A stretch of DNA of 64,000 nucleotides from Eledone cirrhosa (Eukaryota): contig OZ024741.1 of NCBI GenBank assembly GCA_964016885.1, forward strand, positions 341,806,001-341,870,000. The letters run 5' to 3'. Every line of letters begins with the position of its first letter. The stretch's first letter is position 1. Of the stretch, positions 26,790 through 40,103 are shown one piece after another. Made by a program: the position numbers and the translations under genes. The notes beneath the pieces were generated by a model. The model had not been told where the DNA came from, searched no databases, and saw only the letters and a list, made by a program, of their open reading frames with translations.

Positions 26790-29360
26790 GCTCCGGTGGC
26801 TGTAGACAGCATAAGTAAGGTGGTTGATGACTGTAGACAGAATTAGTAAGGTGGTTGGTGACTGTACAGTGTTAGTAAGGCATATTGGTAGCTATACACA
26901 GTGTAAGGTAGTTGGTAGCTGTACACAGTGTTAGTAAGGTAGTTGGTGACTGTAGAGTGTTAGTAAGGTGGTTGCTGACTATACAGTGTTAGTAAGGTAG
27001 AGACTGTACACAGTGTTAGTAAGGCACAGTATTAGTAAGGCACAGTGTAAGTATATTGGTAGCTGTACACAGTGTTAGTAAGGTAGTTAGTGACTGTAGA
27101 GTGTTAGTAAGGTAGTTGGTGACTGTACACTGTTAGTAAGGTAGTTGGTGACTGTAGAGTGTTAGTAAGGTAGTTGGTGACTGTACACTGTTAGTAAGGT
27201 AGTTGGTGACTGTAGAGTGTTAGTAAGGTAGTTGGTGACTGTACAGTGTTAGTAAGGTAGTTGGTGACTGTAGAGTGTTAGTAAGGTAGTTGGTGACTGT
27301 ACAGTGTTAGTAAGGTAGTTGGTGACTGTAGAGTGTTAGTAAGGTAGTTGGTGACTGTACAGTGTTAGTAAGGTAGTTGGTGACTGTACACTGTTAGTAA
27401 GGTAGTTGGTGACTGTAGAGTGTTAGTAAGGTAGTTGGTGACTGTAGAGTGTTAGTAAGGTAGTTGGTGACTGTACACTGTTAGTAAGGTAGTTGATGAC
27501 TGTAGAGTGTTAGTAAGGTAGTTGATGACTGTACAGTGTTAGTAAGGTAGTTGGTGACTGTACACTGTTAGTAAGGTAGTTGGTGACTGTAGAGTGTTAG
27601 TAAGGTAGTTGGTGACTGTAGAGTGTTAGTAAGGTAGTTGGTGACTGTACACTGTTAGTAAGGTAGTTGATGACTGTAGAGTGTTAGTAAGGTAGTTGGT
27701 GACTGTACACTGTTAGTAAGGTAGTTGGTGACTGTAGAGTGTTAGTAAGGTAGTTGGTGACTGTAGAGTGTTAGTAAGGTAGTTGGTGACTGTAGAGTGT
27801 TAGTAAGGTAGTTGGTGACTGTACAGTGTTAGTAAGGTAGTTGGTGACTGTACACTGTTAGTAAGGTAGTTGGTGACTGTAGAGTGTTAGTAAGGTAGTT
27901 GGTGACTGTACACTGTTAGTAAGGTAGTTGGTGACTGTAGAGTGTTAGTAAGGTAGTTGGTGACTGTAGAGTGTTAGTAAGGTAGTTGGTGACTGTACAG
28001 TGTTAGTAAGGTAGTTGATGACTGTACAGTGTTAGTAAGGTAGTTGGTGACTGTACACTGTTAGTAAGGTAGTTGGTGACTGTACAGTGTTAGTAAGGTA
28101 GTTGGTGACTGTAGAGTGTTAGTAAGGTAGTTAGTGACTGTAGAGTGTTAGTAAGGTAGTTGGTGACTGTACAGTGTTAGTAAGGTAGTTGGTGACTGTA
28201 CAGTGTTAGTAAGGTAGTTGGTGACTGTAGAGTGTTAGTAAGGTAGTTGGTGACTGTAGAGTGTTAGTAAGGTAGTTGGTGACTGTAGAGTGTTAGTAAG
28301 GTAGTTGGTGACTGTACAGTGTTAGTAAGGTAGTTGGTGACTGTAGAGTGTTAGTAAGGTAGTTAGTGACTGTACAGTGTTAGTAAGGTAGTTGGTGACT
28401 GTAGAGTGTTAGTAAGGTAGTTGGTGACTGTACAGTGTTAGTAAGGTAGTTGGTGACTGTACACTGTTAGTAAGGTAGTTGGTGACTGTAGAGTGTTAGT
28501 AAGGTAGTTAGTGACTGTAGAGTGTTAGTAAGGTAGTTAGTGACTGTAGAGTGTTAGTAAGGTAGTTGGTGACTATAGAGTGTTAGTAAGGTAGTTAGTG
28601 ACTGTAGAGTGTTAGTAAGGTAGTTGGTGACTGTAGAGTGTTAGTAAGGTAGTTGGTGACTGTAGAGTGTTAGTAAGGTAGTTGGTGACTGTACACTGTT
28701 AGTAAGGTAGTTGGTGACTGTAGAGTGTTAGTAAGGTAGTTGGTGACTGTAGAGTGTTAGTAAGGTAGTTGGTGACTGTAGAGTGTTAGTAAGGTAGTTG
28801 GTGACTGTAGAGTGTTAGTAAGGTAGTTGGTGACTGTAGAGTGTTAGTAAGGTAGTTGATGACTGTACAGTGTTAGTAAGGTAGTTGGTGACTGTAGAGT
28901 GTTAGTAAGGTAGTTGGTGACTGTACAGTGTTAGTAAGGTAGTTGGTGACTGTAGAGTGTTAGTAAGGTAGTTGGTGACTGTACAGTGTTAGTAAGGTAG
29001 TTGGTGACTGTAGAGTGTTAGTAAGGTAGTTGGTGACTGTAGAGTGTTAGTAAGGTAGTTGGTGACTGTAGAGTGTTAGTAAGGTAGTTGGTGACTGTAC
29101 AGTGTTAGTAAGGTAGTTGATGACTGTACAGTGTTAGTAAGGTAGTTGGTGACTGTAGAGTGTTAGTAAGGTAGTTGGTGACTGTACAATGTTAGTAAGG
29201 TAGGTAGAGACTGTACACAGTGTTAGTAAGGTAGAGACTGTACACAGTGTTAGTAAGGTAGTTGGTGACTGTAGACAGTGTTAGTAAGGTCTCTGGCGGC
29301 TGTAGACAGTGTTAGTAAGGCAGTAACTGTACACAGTGTTAGTAAGGTGTCTGTAGACAG
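26790..29360. repeat. 29-bp minisatellite, ~2.5 kb
   Basis: Unit GTGTTAGTAAGGTAGTTGGTGACTGTA(G/C)A; homogeneous core, degenerate edges. Confidence 0.98.
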
Positions 29361-29719
29361 TACTAATATGACACCAGTCAGCAATACAAAGCTGGAACTA
29401 AGCTAAGTAGAAACAGTTAATCAATAGTAAATATGTTATAGCAAATAATTTGTCACACGAGACAACTTGTCATTGCAGTTATAAAGGTGAGTGAATCATA
29501 GAACTGATATCATAATCGCAATCACTTTACATCTATTTTCCTTCCATGCTGGCATGGGTTGGACAGGTCATCGCAGGCTGAGACTAGAAGGGTCGAAGAG
29601 ACCTCATCTTCCTCATATATTTTTTATAATTTAGTATAGCTTCTATGGTTAGATGCCATTCCTAAAGCCAACAAACTTTGCAGAACGTTCTGAATGCAAT
29701 TTAACATGACATCAGTACT

Positions 29720-30320
29720 ACCACTTTACAGTGTGTTGGTTGTATTTTATTATAGAACCAGCACTACCACTTTACAGAGTGTGGTGGGTGCATTCTACTG
29801 TGGCACCAGCACTACCACTTTATAAAGTGTACTGGTGACATTTTATCATGTTACCAGCACTACTATTTTATAATGTACACTGGTTACATTTTATCATGGT
29901 ACCAGCAGTACCACTTTACAAAGTGTACTGGTTACATTTTATCATGGTACCAGCACTACCACTTTACAAAATGTACTGGTTGTGTTTTATCATGACACTA
30001 ACACTACCACTTTACAGAGTGTACTGGTTGTATTTTATCATGGTACCAATACTACTACTTTACAAAGTGTACTGGTTGTATTTTATCATGGTACCAATAC
30101 TACTACTTTACAAAGTGTACTGGTTGTATTTTATCATGGTACCAGCACTACTACTTTATAATGTGTACTGGTTGTATTTTATCATAGTACCAGCAGTACC
30201 AATTAAACTGGGTGCATTTTATTGGGCACAAGCACTAATACTTTACAAAATGTTCTGGTTGCATTTTACCATGGCACCAGGCAGCTCCTTTGCATAGTGG
30301 ACTGGATACACTGTATCATG
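29720..30320. repeat. 48-bp minisatellite, ~12 copies, following an RTE tail (~29520-29700, minus)
   Basis: Unit CTTTACAAAGTGTACTGGTTGTATTTTATCATGGTACCAGCACTACCA. Confidence 0.92.
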
Positions 30321-30809
30321 GTATATAACTGGAATATTTTATCTTTCTAAAGACAGAATTCTGTGAGGATGATGATCCAATGTTAACAATAATCCAATAA
30401 TCATTTATCAATAGCTAACTCTAAACTCTCAACAAAACTAAAATCATTTTATGTGACAATATTAACATACTGTTTGTTTGTTCAACAAATATCATAGCAA
30501 TATCAATTACTTATAATGTCATCATATACACATAAGTTGACAAGAATACACTGACTAAGTTACTTTATTAAGTTAATTACAGCAACGAACAACAAGAATA
30601 AAATATCAAAATCAAATAGAGAACAGACAAAATTATAAAAGAAATGTAAGACTTGTGTTGATTACAGAAGTAAATATTTCGAAAAACGTTACACAATATA
30701 TATATACACACACTATATATACATATATACACGCACACACATATAGCGTCATAATGTCGTAATGCAGACAGCCAGATATTATAAGGGCGCAGCGTTATAT
30801 CTATGTATC

Positions 30810-31018
30810 TATCTAAAAAGAAAGACTAAGAAATTATAGAGAGAGATCGTTAAATCGCCTAATGCGGTCCCTAGGGCATTGAAAATTTGAAATATTTTTT
30901 GCTCAAAACACTCACAGGACCATAAATATTACATGTGTAAAGTTTGAAAATAATGGGTTGGGTGGTTCTCGAGGTTTAGGGAGTCAGACAGACATTCTCT
31001 GTTTTAGATATATAGATA
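30810..31018 (-). mobile_element. Helitron/Helentron-like fragment
   Basis: Minus strand begins ATCTATATATCTAAAA then (GTCT)n; similar relic at ~32985-33071. Confidence 0.35.
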
Positions 31019-31821
31019 AATACAAAAAAAACTACTATAGTTGACAGAATTGGGTATGTCTTCATAGTATACCATTCTTTTGCTAAAGGTTTTAGGTGCC
31101 CATGCAGTCGCAAGTAGATACAAACACCCTCTCAGTCCTCCATCCTTTGATGCAGCAGAACATCTACGATGTGACAGCTGGAAGAAGAGAGGGTTGTACC
31201 TGTACTAGGCTGAGACTTTTTATAAAACCCCAAAAGAAAAGTGAGCCTTAGCTGGATTTGAACTCAGAATGCAGAGACGCAGGACAAATATCAACACTCT
31301 AACAACTCTACCAAATTGATTAACTTTATTAATAAATAACAAACAAATAAACAACTTGTAAGTATAGAAATAGTTTTAACCTGACTGCTGTTCCATATAC
31401 CTTGAACAAATAACCAAGAAAACCACTAATTACATATGCATAAAAACCTCATCTCTTCTTCTTACTGCCCTTCAGAGCTTCCAATGTATGGGCTCCCCTA
31501 GGTTTCAAATGCCCAAGACACACTGTGTGTCAGGATCGCACCCCTACAACTCCATCAGGAATTAAGCATCCTTTACCTTCTCTTAACTATGAAGGTACAT
31601 GACTTAATGGTTAGAGAATTGGATTCACAATCTTACAATTGTGAATTCGATTCCCAGACCAGGCGATGAGGCGATGTGTTATGTTCTTGAGCGAGACACT
31701 TTATTTCACATTGCTCTTTCTTCCAGGAGTTGCAACCAGTAGATAGTATCAGCAATAGAAAGACCAATGTAAACATTGTTTCCTTGGTCTGAATTGATGA
31801 GTTCCACACACTTGGTAAGTG

Positions 31822-32060
31822 AATTACAGGGTGGACTGGGTACTTTTCGTCCTGTCATCAGCATGACCATCTTATAGAATGGACTGGGTGCTTTTTCTCA
31901 TGTCACCAACACAAACACCTTACAGGGTGAGCTGTTTGTTTTGTTTGTTTTTTTTGTCATGCATCTCACCAGCACAACCACCTTACAGGGTGGACTGGGG
32001 GTCTTCTGTGATATCACCAACTCTACCATCTTATAGAGTGCATTTGTAGCTGCCTCTTTT
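31822..32060. repeat. Degenerate ~48-bp repeat related to the RTE 3' UTR unit
   Basis: TTACAGGGTGGACTGGG...CACCA recurs ~5 times. Confidence 0.7.
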
Positions 32061-32384
32061 AATGTTATCAGTAAAACCCCTTTAAAAAATGGATTAGATG
32101 CTTTTGTTGATGGGATGCCAGATCACCATGCAGGGTGGACAAAGAGTATTATAGGAAGGTGGGAACAGATCCATGTAGGGGTTGTACATAGGGAAGTACA
32201 TAGGAGTGTGCAAAGTGGAGATGGAAGAGAGTAAGCAACCTGGATATGGATGAGGTGAGTGAGGTATTTAGTTAGTGAGGGCAAGAGAATTAAGACTACA
32301 GAAGGTGAATAGAGGAGGGGTAGGGAAACGCTAGATGCAGGCTCATGTACTCTACATGTTGTTTCATCCTGTGCATATATTTGT

Positions 32385-32420
32385 ACTCCTGAAGAAGGGC
32401 TTAAGCCCAACATGTCGAAC
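32385..32420 (+). ncRNA. Decayed minimal hammerhead (GA of GAAA deleted)
   Basis: CTGAAGA-AGGGCTTAAGCCC-AACATGTC; downstream tail resembles that after 36618. Confidence 0.45.
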
Positions 32421-32599
32421 TTTCTTTCCTCTTTCCAATATAAAGCGTGAAACTAATAAGACCTTTGTACCTCTGTTTGTTGTTTCCTTGAACTATATAT
32501 ATATACACACACATGTAAATTTCAGAATACATCTATGAGCATAAGGGTATATAAACCCATCAAATACATGTCTCCTTGCAGTTGTTTAGATGATATACA

Positions 32600-32646
32600 C
32601 ACCTTCTGATGAAGACCCAACTAGTTGTGAAAATCAATTAAAGGTG
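32600..32646 (+). ncRNA. Type I minimal hammerhead ribozyme
   Basis: CACCTT-CTGATGA-AGACCCAACTAGTTGT-GAAA-ATCAAT-TA-AAGGTG; perfect 6-bp stem I plus distal GATGATA/TATCATC extension. Confidence 0.8.
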
Positions 32647-33172
32647 CTTATCATCTTTTACAATTCACAGGGAAATTCATATTTCTGACATGTTTACATG
32701 TCAAATTTTCATTGAATGAGGACTCACTGCATTAACTTTCAGTTATCTTTCAGAAACAACATAAAAAATCTAACGGTAATGAATATGCAAAAAAATATTG
32801 CAGGTTTCACAAATGTTGTTTTTAGTAATGTTTCCATAAATCAAAACATGTTTTGCTCACTTTATTTGCTTTCTTTATCTCTTTCTTTCTCTTCATGACT
32901 ACCAACATTAGTTTTCAAAAATCAGACAAACAAATGACTATAGGTCCAAGTGTGAGAAATACCTGTTCTTGAGTCTAAGGAGTTCACATGCCAAGTTTGA
33001 ATATGATTGGCTTGCTAGTTTTTTAGCACTAGGAGACAAACAGACAAACAAACAATTTTATATACATAGATACACACACACACATTGGTGCAGTCACGGT
33101 TAGCCATTCTGTATATATACAGTTATAACTTTATTATACACTTCAGCTGCTGAGCACAATTCTTAATGTATT

Positions 33173-33205
<33 letters not shown>

Positions 33206-33605
33206 ATGTATGTATGTATGCATGTGTGTGTATGTATATATATATATATTTGAAATCAGCCATTCTACTAGAATATTTAATCTACTTAACCATATTCATT
33301 TTAGGCTTTTCTTTATTTGCTATTTAGATGTCAAGTGGAGAAAATATTAAAAAATATATTAAAATATTCATACAAAGTCATATACATATGCAGGTGTATA
33401 TTTATACATATATGTGTGTGTGTTGTATATGTGTTGTGTGTGTGTTGTATGTACTGTGTGTGAGAGAGAGGGAGAGAGACAGAGAGAGAGAGGGCGGTGG
33501 GTGGGTGTCTGCATATGCAAGTCTAGAAAATAGACATGAAATGATAATGATAATGTATAGTCTATCTCTAACTAGAAGGAAAACCTCACATTAAATGGTG
33601 ATGAT

Positions 33606-33607
<2 letters not shown>

Positions 33608-33656
<49 letters not shown>

Positions 33657-33801
33657 CACATATATATATATATACATATACACATATATATATACATACA
33701 TATATATATATATACATACATATACATACACATATACACACATATATATACATACATATACACATATACACACATGTATATATATATACATACATATAGA
33801 C

Positions 33802-33832
<31 letters not shown>

Positions 33833-34225
33833 CATAAATATACGCACACATATATATATATACATAAATATACACACATATATATACATACATATACACA
33901 CATACATATACATATATATACATACATATATATATACACATATACACACATATACATATAAATATGCATATACATAAATATAACATATACATATATATAT
34001 ATATATATATACATACATATATATGCACATACATATATATACACATACATATATATACATACACACACATACATAAACATACATATACATACATACATTT
34101 ACATATATATACATATATACATATACATATACATATATACATATACATATATATACATACATATATACACATATACATATATATATACACACATATACAT
34201 ACATACATATATCTATATATATATC
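33608..34225. repeat. (TA)/(CA) compound microsatellite
   Basis: Direct reading. Confidence 0.95.
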
Positions 34226-34511
34226 TGCTAATAGCCAGTTAAGATCAATACAAAATACCAATAAGAAAACAACTGTAAAAAAATAAAACACCCTCATCTA
34301 AGACATTACCCAAGTCAATTGCAAGTCACTCTTGTTTCCTTTCGACATCTCTTCCAATTAACTTGAAATATTTATCTAAATTTTCTGTCATTTCTCCTAA
34401 TAACTTGCCTCCGTTCATTCTCAGGCCTTCTGTCACTTATTTTGATTGGGAGAGACTGAGAGAAAGCTAGTGAGAGACAGGCAGACACATATATACATAT
34501 ATATATACACA

Positions 34512-34913
34512 CATCATCATCATCATCATCATTTCATTTTACGTCCGCTTTTTCCCTGCTTGCAAGGGTGGGATGGGAACTGATTCTGGCTTGATTTCTA
34601 CAGCTGGATGCCCTTCCTAACACCAACTTCATTTACAGTGAGTGGTGGGTCCTTTTTTTTCTGTGTGCCTACACGTTCACTTTACAGTGTGGGCTGGATG
34701 CTTTTTTTTTTTTGCCATGGCACCTCCACGACCACTTTTCACTGGAATGATAGGGACCCCAGTCCTATCATCTCTTTTCTACAGCTGAGTAAACTGGAGC
34801 AATGTGAAATAAAGTGTCTTGCTCAAGGAAACAACACATCACTCAGTCTGAGAATTGAACTCACAACCTTTCGGTTGCAAGGCCAATGCTCTAACCACTA
34901 AGCCATGTGCCTT
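34512..34913 (-). mobile_element. tRNA-derived SINE family B
   Basis: Matches other family B copies; two internal ~48-bp units. Confidence 0.92.
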
Positions 34914-34967
34914 TATATATATATATGAAGAGAGTATGGGATATAGAGATGCTTTAATATATACCAA

Positions 34968-35470
34968 TATCATCATTTTTTACGTCCATTTTTCCATGCT
35001 TGCATGAGTTGGATGGGATCCTTTCTCATCTCCTCTGTGAATTTCAGCAATTAGAGATCAGCTCTCACCACCTCTGCCCAGGTCTATTTCTACTGCAGCT
35101 TCCTTCCATTGGCATTTCTTCACCCAGCTGTCATCATCCATATGCATTGCATGTCTATACCAATGCAGTGTTTCTCTTGCACAAGATTTCTGATTCCTGT
35201 TAAATTTAGTTTCTCCCTCATTTCATCCAAGCTCTACTGTTCTCTTATATTTATATTGCACATCCAACGAAATGGGTTGCTTTATTTCTCTCCAGTCTAC
35301 ACATGTCCTCTGCAGTCACTGTCCATGTTTCTCAACCATGTAGCATTGCACTTCATACACATACATCCTCCTTTCATTTGTAGGGAGAAACTTTTTTTGT
35401 TAACATAAGGGATAGCTCTGAAAATTTCTTTTATCCTCTTCTTATTCTAGCTATTAGGCACTTGGAACAC
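34968..35470 (-). mobile_element. Decayed RTE LINE 3' fragment
   Basis: Similar to 20880-21330 (e.g. CCTTTCATTTGTAGGGAGAA), with tail. Confidence 0.75.
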
Positions 35471-35500
35471 CCTTATATATATATGTGTGTGTGTATATAT

Positions 35501-35562
<62 letters not shown>

Positions 35563-35701
35563 CCACCCTGGCAAGCAGGGAAAAGCGGACGTAAAATGAT
35601 GATGATGATGATGATAGTTCAAAATGACAAACAAACAAACACAGGAGTCAATGGTACATAGTGTTGTTAGCTTCATGCTTGGTGAGAATAGGGGAGGTTA
35701 C

Positions 35702-35732
35702 GACGTTCCGGACATAAGTCCTTCATCGGGAG
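35702..35732 (-). ncRNA. Decayed minimal hammerhead
   Basis: Minus strand CCGATGA-AGGACTTATGTCC-GGAA-CGTC; two core substitutions; same stem II as 36618. Confidence 0.4.
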
Positions 35733-36148
35733 AGTAGGGAGGAACTCCGAGAGGGAGTGAGGATGGGAGTTAGCAGGAAAAACATGAAAGGACGGGGGAA
35801 ATAAAAATAAAACATGAAATCAAAATTAATAGAAACAGAATTAAACAGAATATATAAAAAAACAGAATTTTTTAAAAATGAGAGTGAATGGGGTGGGAAG
35901 TCAAGGGTGTGGTAGTGCGTAAGGGGAGGGTGGAGGGGGAGAGAGGGAGCAAGGGAAGCAAGAAAAATGGAGTTCGAGTGGGGATGGCGGAAGGTAAGGT
36001 GTGCGTATATGTGTAGATGTAAGTGTGTGTGCTTGTGTGTGGATGTAAATGTGAGAGTCTGGGAGGAAGCGAGTGTATGTGATTGTGGGTTTTGAAAAAC
36101 CATTGTGTGTGTGTTGGAGTGGAGTGTATGTCTGTGCATGTATAGTCC

Positions 36149-36205
<57 letters not shown>

Positions 36206-36613
36206 TGTAACGATTGTGTTATTTCTGTTTACCTTTTACATACATATATATATATATCAACGCTTACGTGGACCTCTCAAAATTTGTTGAATTTTCTGAT
36301 TGGATTTTCACCTTGAATCTGGATGCCAACCCGGAGTACACCTGAACATCCACCAGGAAATCTTTCGTATCTTTGAAATTTTCTTTGCTTCTTGCATTTA
36401 AATATTCCACCACTCTCTATCACTTTTCCTCTACTACATTCTTCTCAGCCATCTATTTTTCACTCCCACCCTAGTACCTTCAATATGCCCAATCTCAAAT
36501 CTTTTCTCTGCCAGCTCCATTCTACTCTCAAGTGCTTCCTCCAACCTCTCTCCCCTATATTTTTTTCCAATTCCATCCCGCCCGACCCTTAATCTATTTT
36601 ATTTCTCATTCTT

Positions 36614-36649
36614 TCTTCTGATGAAGGACTAGTGTCCGAAACATTAAGA
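36614..36649 (+). ncRNA. Minimal type I hammerhead motif
   Basis: TCTT-CTGATGA-AGGAC TAGT GTCC-GAAA-CAT-TA-AGA. Confidence 0.65.
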
Positions 36650-36857
36650 CTCTCTTCCTGCTATACCAAGCGGAAACCTAATATATCCCTTCCATATACT
36701 GTACCGATTGTGTTGTTATTTCTGTTTACCTTTTACATATATATATATATAGGTTGAGCGGGCCCTTCAGTCATGCCAATGATATGACAACTTTCCTGGT
36801 GGTGTTGGTGATCTCCACCATAAATGCATGCGGTACATGAATCTATTAGTTACCTGA

Positions 36858-37050
36858 ATAATAATTGTTTCTACTTTAGGCACAGGGCCAGCAATTCACC
36901 AGTGCATTACTGGTACTTTATTTTATCGACCCCGTAAGGATGAAAGGCAAAGTCAACCTCGGCGGGATTTGAACTCAGATCGTAAAGGGACGTAACTATG
37001 CTGGAAAGCATGGCGTCCGACCCTCTACCGATACTGCCAATCCACCGCCC
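36858..37050 (-). mobile_element. SINE family A, followed by an older copy to ~37255
   Basis: Near-identical to 8773-8957. Confidence 0.92.
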
Positions 37051-37277
37051 AATATGGATAATAATGTTTTCTAATTTAGGCACAAAGCCACCAATTCAGT
37101 AGGTGGAAGTCAATTATACTTTAATGGTTCTTCATGTTAACCACAAAATGATGAAAGACAAAATTAACCTCAGCAGGATTTGAACTCAACACATAAGCTG
37201 GAATAAATGACACAAAATATATTGTCTAATACTCTGACAAATCTGCCAACCCACCATTGGTCTCATTTTCCTAAATA

Positions 37278-37475
37278 CAAAGGTTGGCTGAAAAGTTCAT
37301 AGGCTGACCAAGATACTCTCATGGAATGACCAAATGAAGTTTATTTTTCAACATAGTCCCTAGAAAGAAACAATACAGTTATCAATAAGAAGATTTGAAA
37401 TCAATGCATGCAAGATTTCACAGCTCTAGTATCACCCCTTCATAGTCCGCGTATGAACTTTTCAGCTGACCCTCA
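37278..37475. mobile_element. Mariner-like MITE
   Basis: TIRs GGTTGGCTGAAAAGTTCATA / TATGAACTTTTCAGCTGACC; TA flanks. Confidence 0.85.
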
Positions 37476-37943
37476 TAATAATAAAAAAAACTTGGTTGGT
37501 GCATGTGTTTTTATTGGCAGTATGACCCTTCAAAGTATATGTGTATGTAGAGTATATGTGTATGGCATGAGAATGTAGTCATGAGAATGACTAACATTGC
37601 AGTACTTATTTCAGTTCTATGTGCTCTGAGGTCAAATCCTACCAAAGTCAACTTTGCCTTTCATCCTTCCAAGGTCAATAAAAAAAATATCAGTTAGTTC
37701 TGAGGTTGATTCTGCCTATATATCTCTTTCTTAATTCTATTGTCTCCTTCCCTCTGGCTTTCTCAGGAAGAAACTGTCTATATTCAGATCTAGAGAGGAA
37801 ATGGGCTCTGCCAGGTTTTAAAAAATGCCCCCAAAATACCGTAAATTACAATGGAATTCCTGCAACTCCATCAAGAGTTATGGTTTCATACTTACATACA
37901 CACACACTACATAGATACATACATATATAGAATTATATATATA

Positions 37944-38331
37944 TGGAGGCACATGGCTTAGTGGTTAGAGCATTGGGCTTGCAATTGAAAGGTTGTGAGT
38001 TCAATTCTCGGACCGGTTGATGTGTTGTTTCCTTGAGCAAGACACTTTATTTCACATTGCTCCAGTTTACTCAGCTGTAGAAATGAGATAATAGGACTGG
38101 GGTCCCTATCATTCCACTGCAAAGTGGTTGTGGAGGTGCCATGGCAAAAAAGCACCCAGCCCACACTGTAAAAGTGGACATGTAGGTGCCACCGAAAAAA
38201 AGCACCCATCACTCACTGTAAATGAGGTTGGTGTTAGGAAGGGAATCCAGCTGTAGAAATCAAGCCAGAATCAGTTCCCGTCCCACCCTTGCAAGCAGGA
38301 AAAAGCGGACGTAAAATGATAATGATGATGA
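37944..38331 (+). mobile_element. tRNA-derived SINE family B, full length
   Basis: TGGCTTAGTGG (A box), GAGTTCAATTC (B box), RTE-type tail and (GAT)n; inserted in (TA)n. Confidence 0.93.
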
Positions 38332-39612
38332 TATATATATATATATATATATATGAGTGTGTGTGTGTTTTAACGTGCAATGGCCATACTTGATAACAAA
38401 GAGGCAGCCATCATATATATAAATATATATATGTATATATATTTATGTATGTGTATATATATATATATATACACATACACATATATATATATATAGGCAT
38501 GTGTAAAGCCACTATTTCAAGCCATAGTAACAGAAAAAAAAATGTCTGCAATATAGAACTGATAAAAACATTTCTTTCAAAAGAGACTAATAAAAACTTT
38601 AACTTTAGTTGTTGCGATGGAATCATTAAAATTTCCTCCTCCATATATCACAGTACAAGATCTTTATTCAATTCCAAGAACAAACATTCCCTGCTTATTT
38701 CAGCTTCAGGCTATGTTTTTGATTGCGTATTCTGTGTATATGTATGAATGTTTGTGTGTGTTTGTGAATGAGTGTGTGTGGTTATATGTATATGTATGAA
38801 TGCTTGTGTGTATGTGTGTGTTCATGTGTATATGTATGAATGTGTGTGTGTGTATTTGTATGATTGTGAGCGATTGTTTGTGTGGTTGTGAGTATATGTA
38901 TGAATGTGTGCGTGATAAAATGTATATGTATGAATGTGTGTGTGTGCATGGTCAAATGTATATGTATGTGTGCATGTTTGTTGGTGTATATGTATTTGTA
39001 TGATTGAGAGAGATTGTGTGTGATTGTGTGTATGAATGTATGTGTATATGTATGTGTGTATGTTTGTTAGTGTGTATGTGTTTGTATGATTGTGAGAGAT
39101 TGTGTGTAGCCATGTGTATATGTATGTGTGTGTGTGTATTTTTGTTAATGCATGTGTGTTTGTATGACTGAGTGATTGTATGCGTGATCATGTGTATATG
39201 TATGTGTGTATTTTTTTGTTAGTGTTTATGTTAGTGTAAGCTTATATGAGTGTGATTGTGTATGTGGTGGTGTATATATGTATGTGTGGTGGTGTATGTA
39301 TGTGTGGTGGTGTGTATATGTATATGTGATGTGTATATCTATGTGTGGAGGTGTTTATATGTGTGTGTTTATATGTATGTATGATGGTGTGTATGTATGT
39401 ATGCATATGTGATTTTTGGTGTTCTTTAATATTTGTTTTTAATACATTTTTTTTTGCATATTTTCTGTTTGTTTTTGCGTCTTTTTTCTACGGCAGGGGT
39501 CGTTGTCTTTTCTTCCTTGAACTTCACCCTCCCAAACACTCCCCCGGATAAAAATCACGCGACCAAAACTTTTCAGAAATGGTAATTTGGTTTATAGAAT
39601 AATAATAATAAC

Positions 39613-39659
<47 letters not shown>

Positions 39660-39994
39660 TTTCTTTATTGGCCACAAGGGATGATGATGATGATGATAAT
39701 AATAATGATAATAACAACAACAGCAACTAAGGAGAATGTTGTGATTATTGTGCTTTTGATGTCAACACATTTGTTATTCATTGTTATTGATTATATTTTG
39801 TGAAGTGAGAAAATCAGGGCTGGATAGGAGAGAGTGGACGAAGTAGCAGATGGGTAGGGACAAAGTTTTGTTCAATTTAAATGATAATGAAAATTCCTTA
39901 ACCATAACAGTATACTGGATAATGCGACAATGGGATTGTGTAACTGTAAAGACCTGTTAATGGCTGGTTTTTCAGGCTATATATATATAATTAC

Positions 39995-40025
<31 letters not shown>

Positions 40026-40027
<2 letters not shown>

Positions 40028-40103
40028 GGGTGTCCCAAGAAAATATATACACACTTCAACAGCATTCTAATAAATATGTGTATACATTTTTGCAGACACC
40101 CAG
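40026..40103. mobile_element. Tiny Tc1/mariner-like MITE
   Basis: CAGGGTGTCC...AAAATATATACAC / GTGTATACATTTT...GACACCCAG-TA. Confidence 0.7.

Noticed and set aside
26790-29360. CRISPR-like or telomere-like array
   Set aside because: Head-to-tail 29-bp units without unique spacers, no cas genes, and not TTAGGG; the same applies to the 31- and 40-bp arrays.
31844-31865. Minus-strand CTGATGA-CAGGAC-GAAA
   Set aside because: No stem II or stem III pairing; a chance match within the 48-bp repeat.
37944-38020. tRNA gene
   Set aside because: The A/B boxes belong to a SINE head continuous with body and tail, with no proper cloverleaf.
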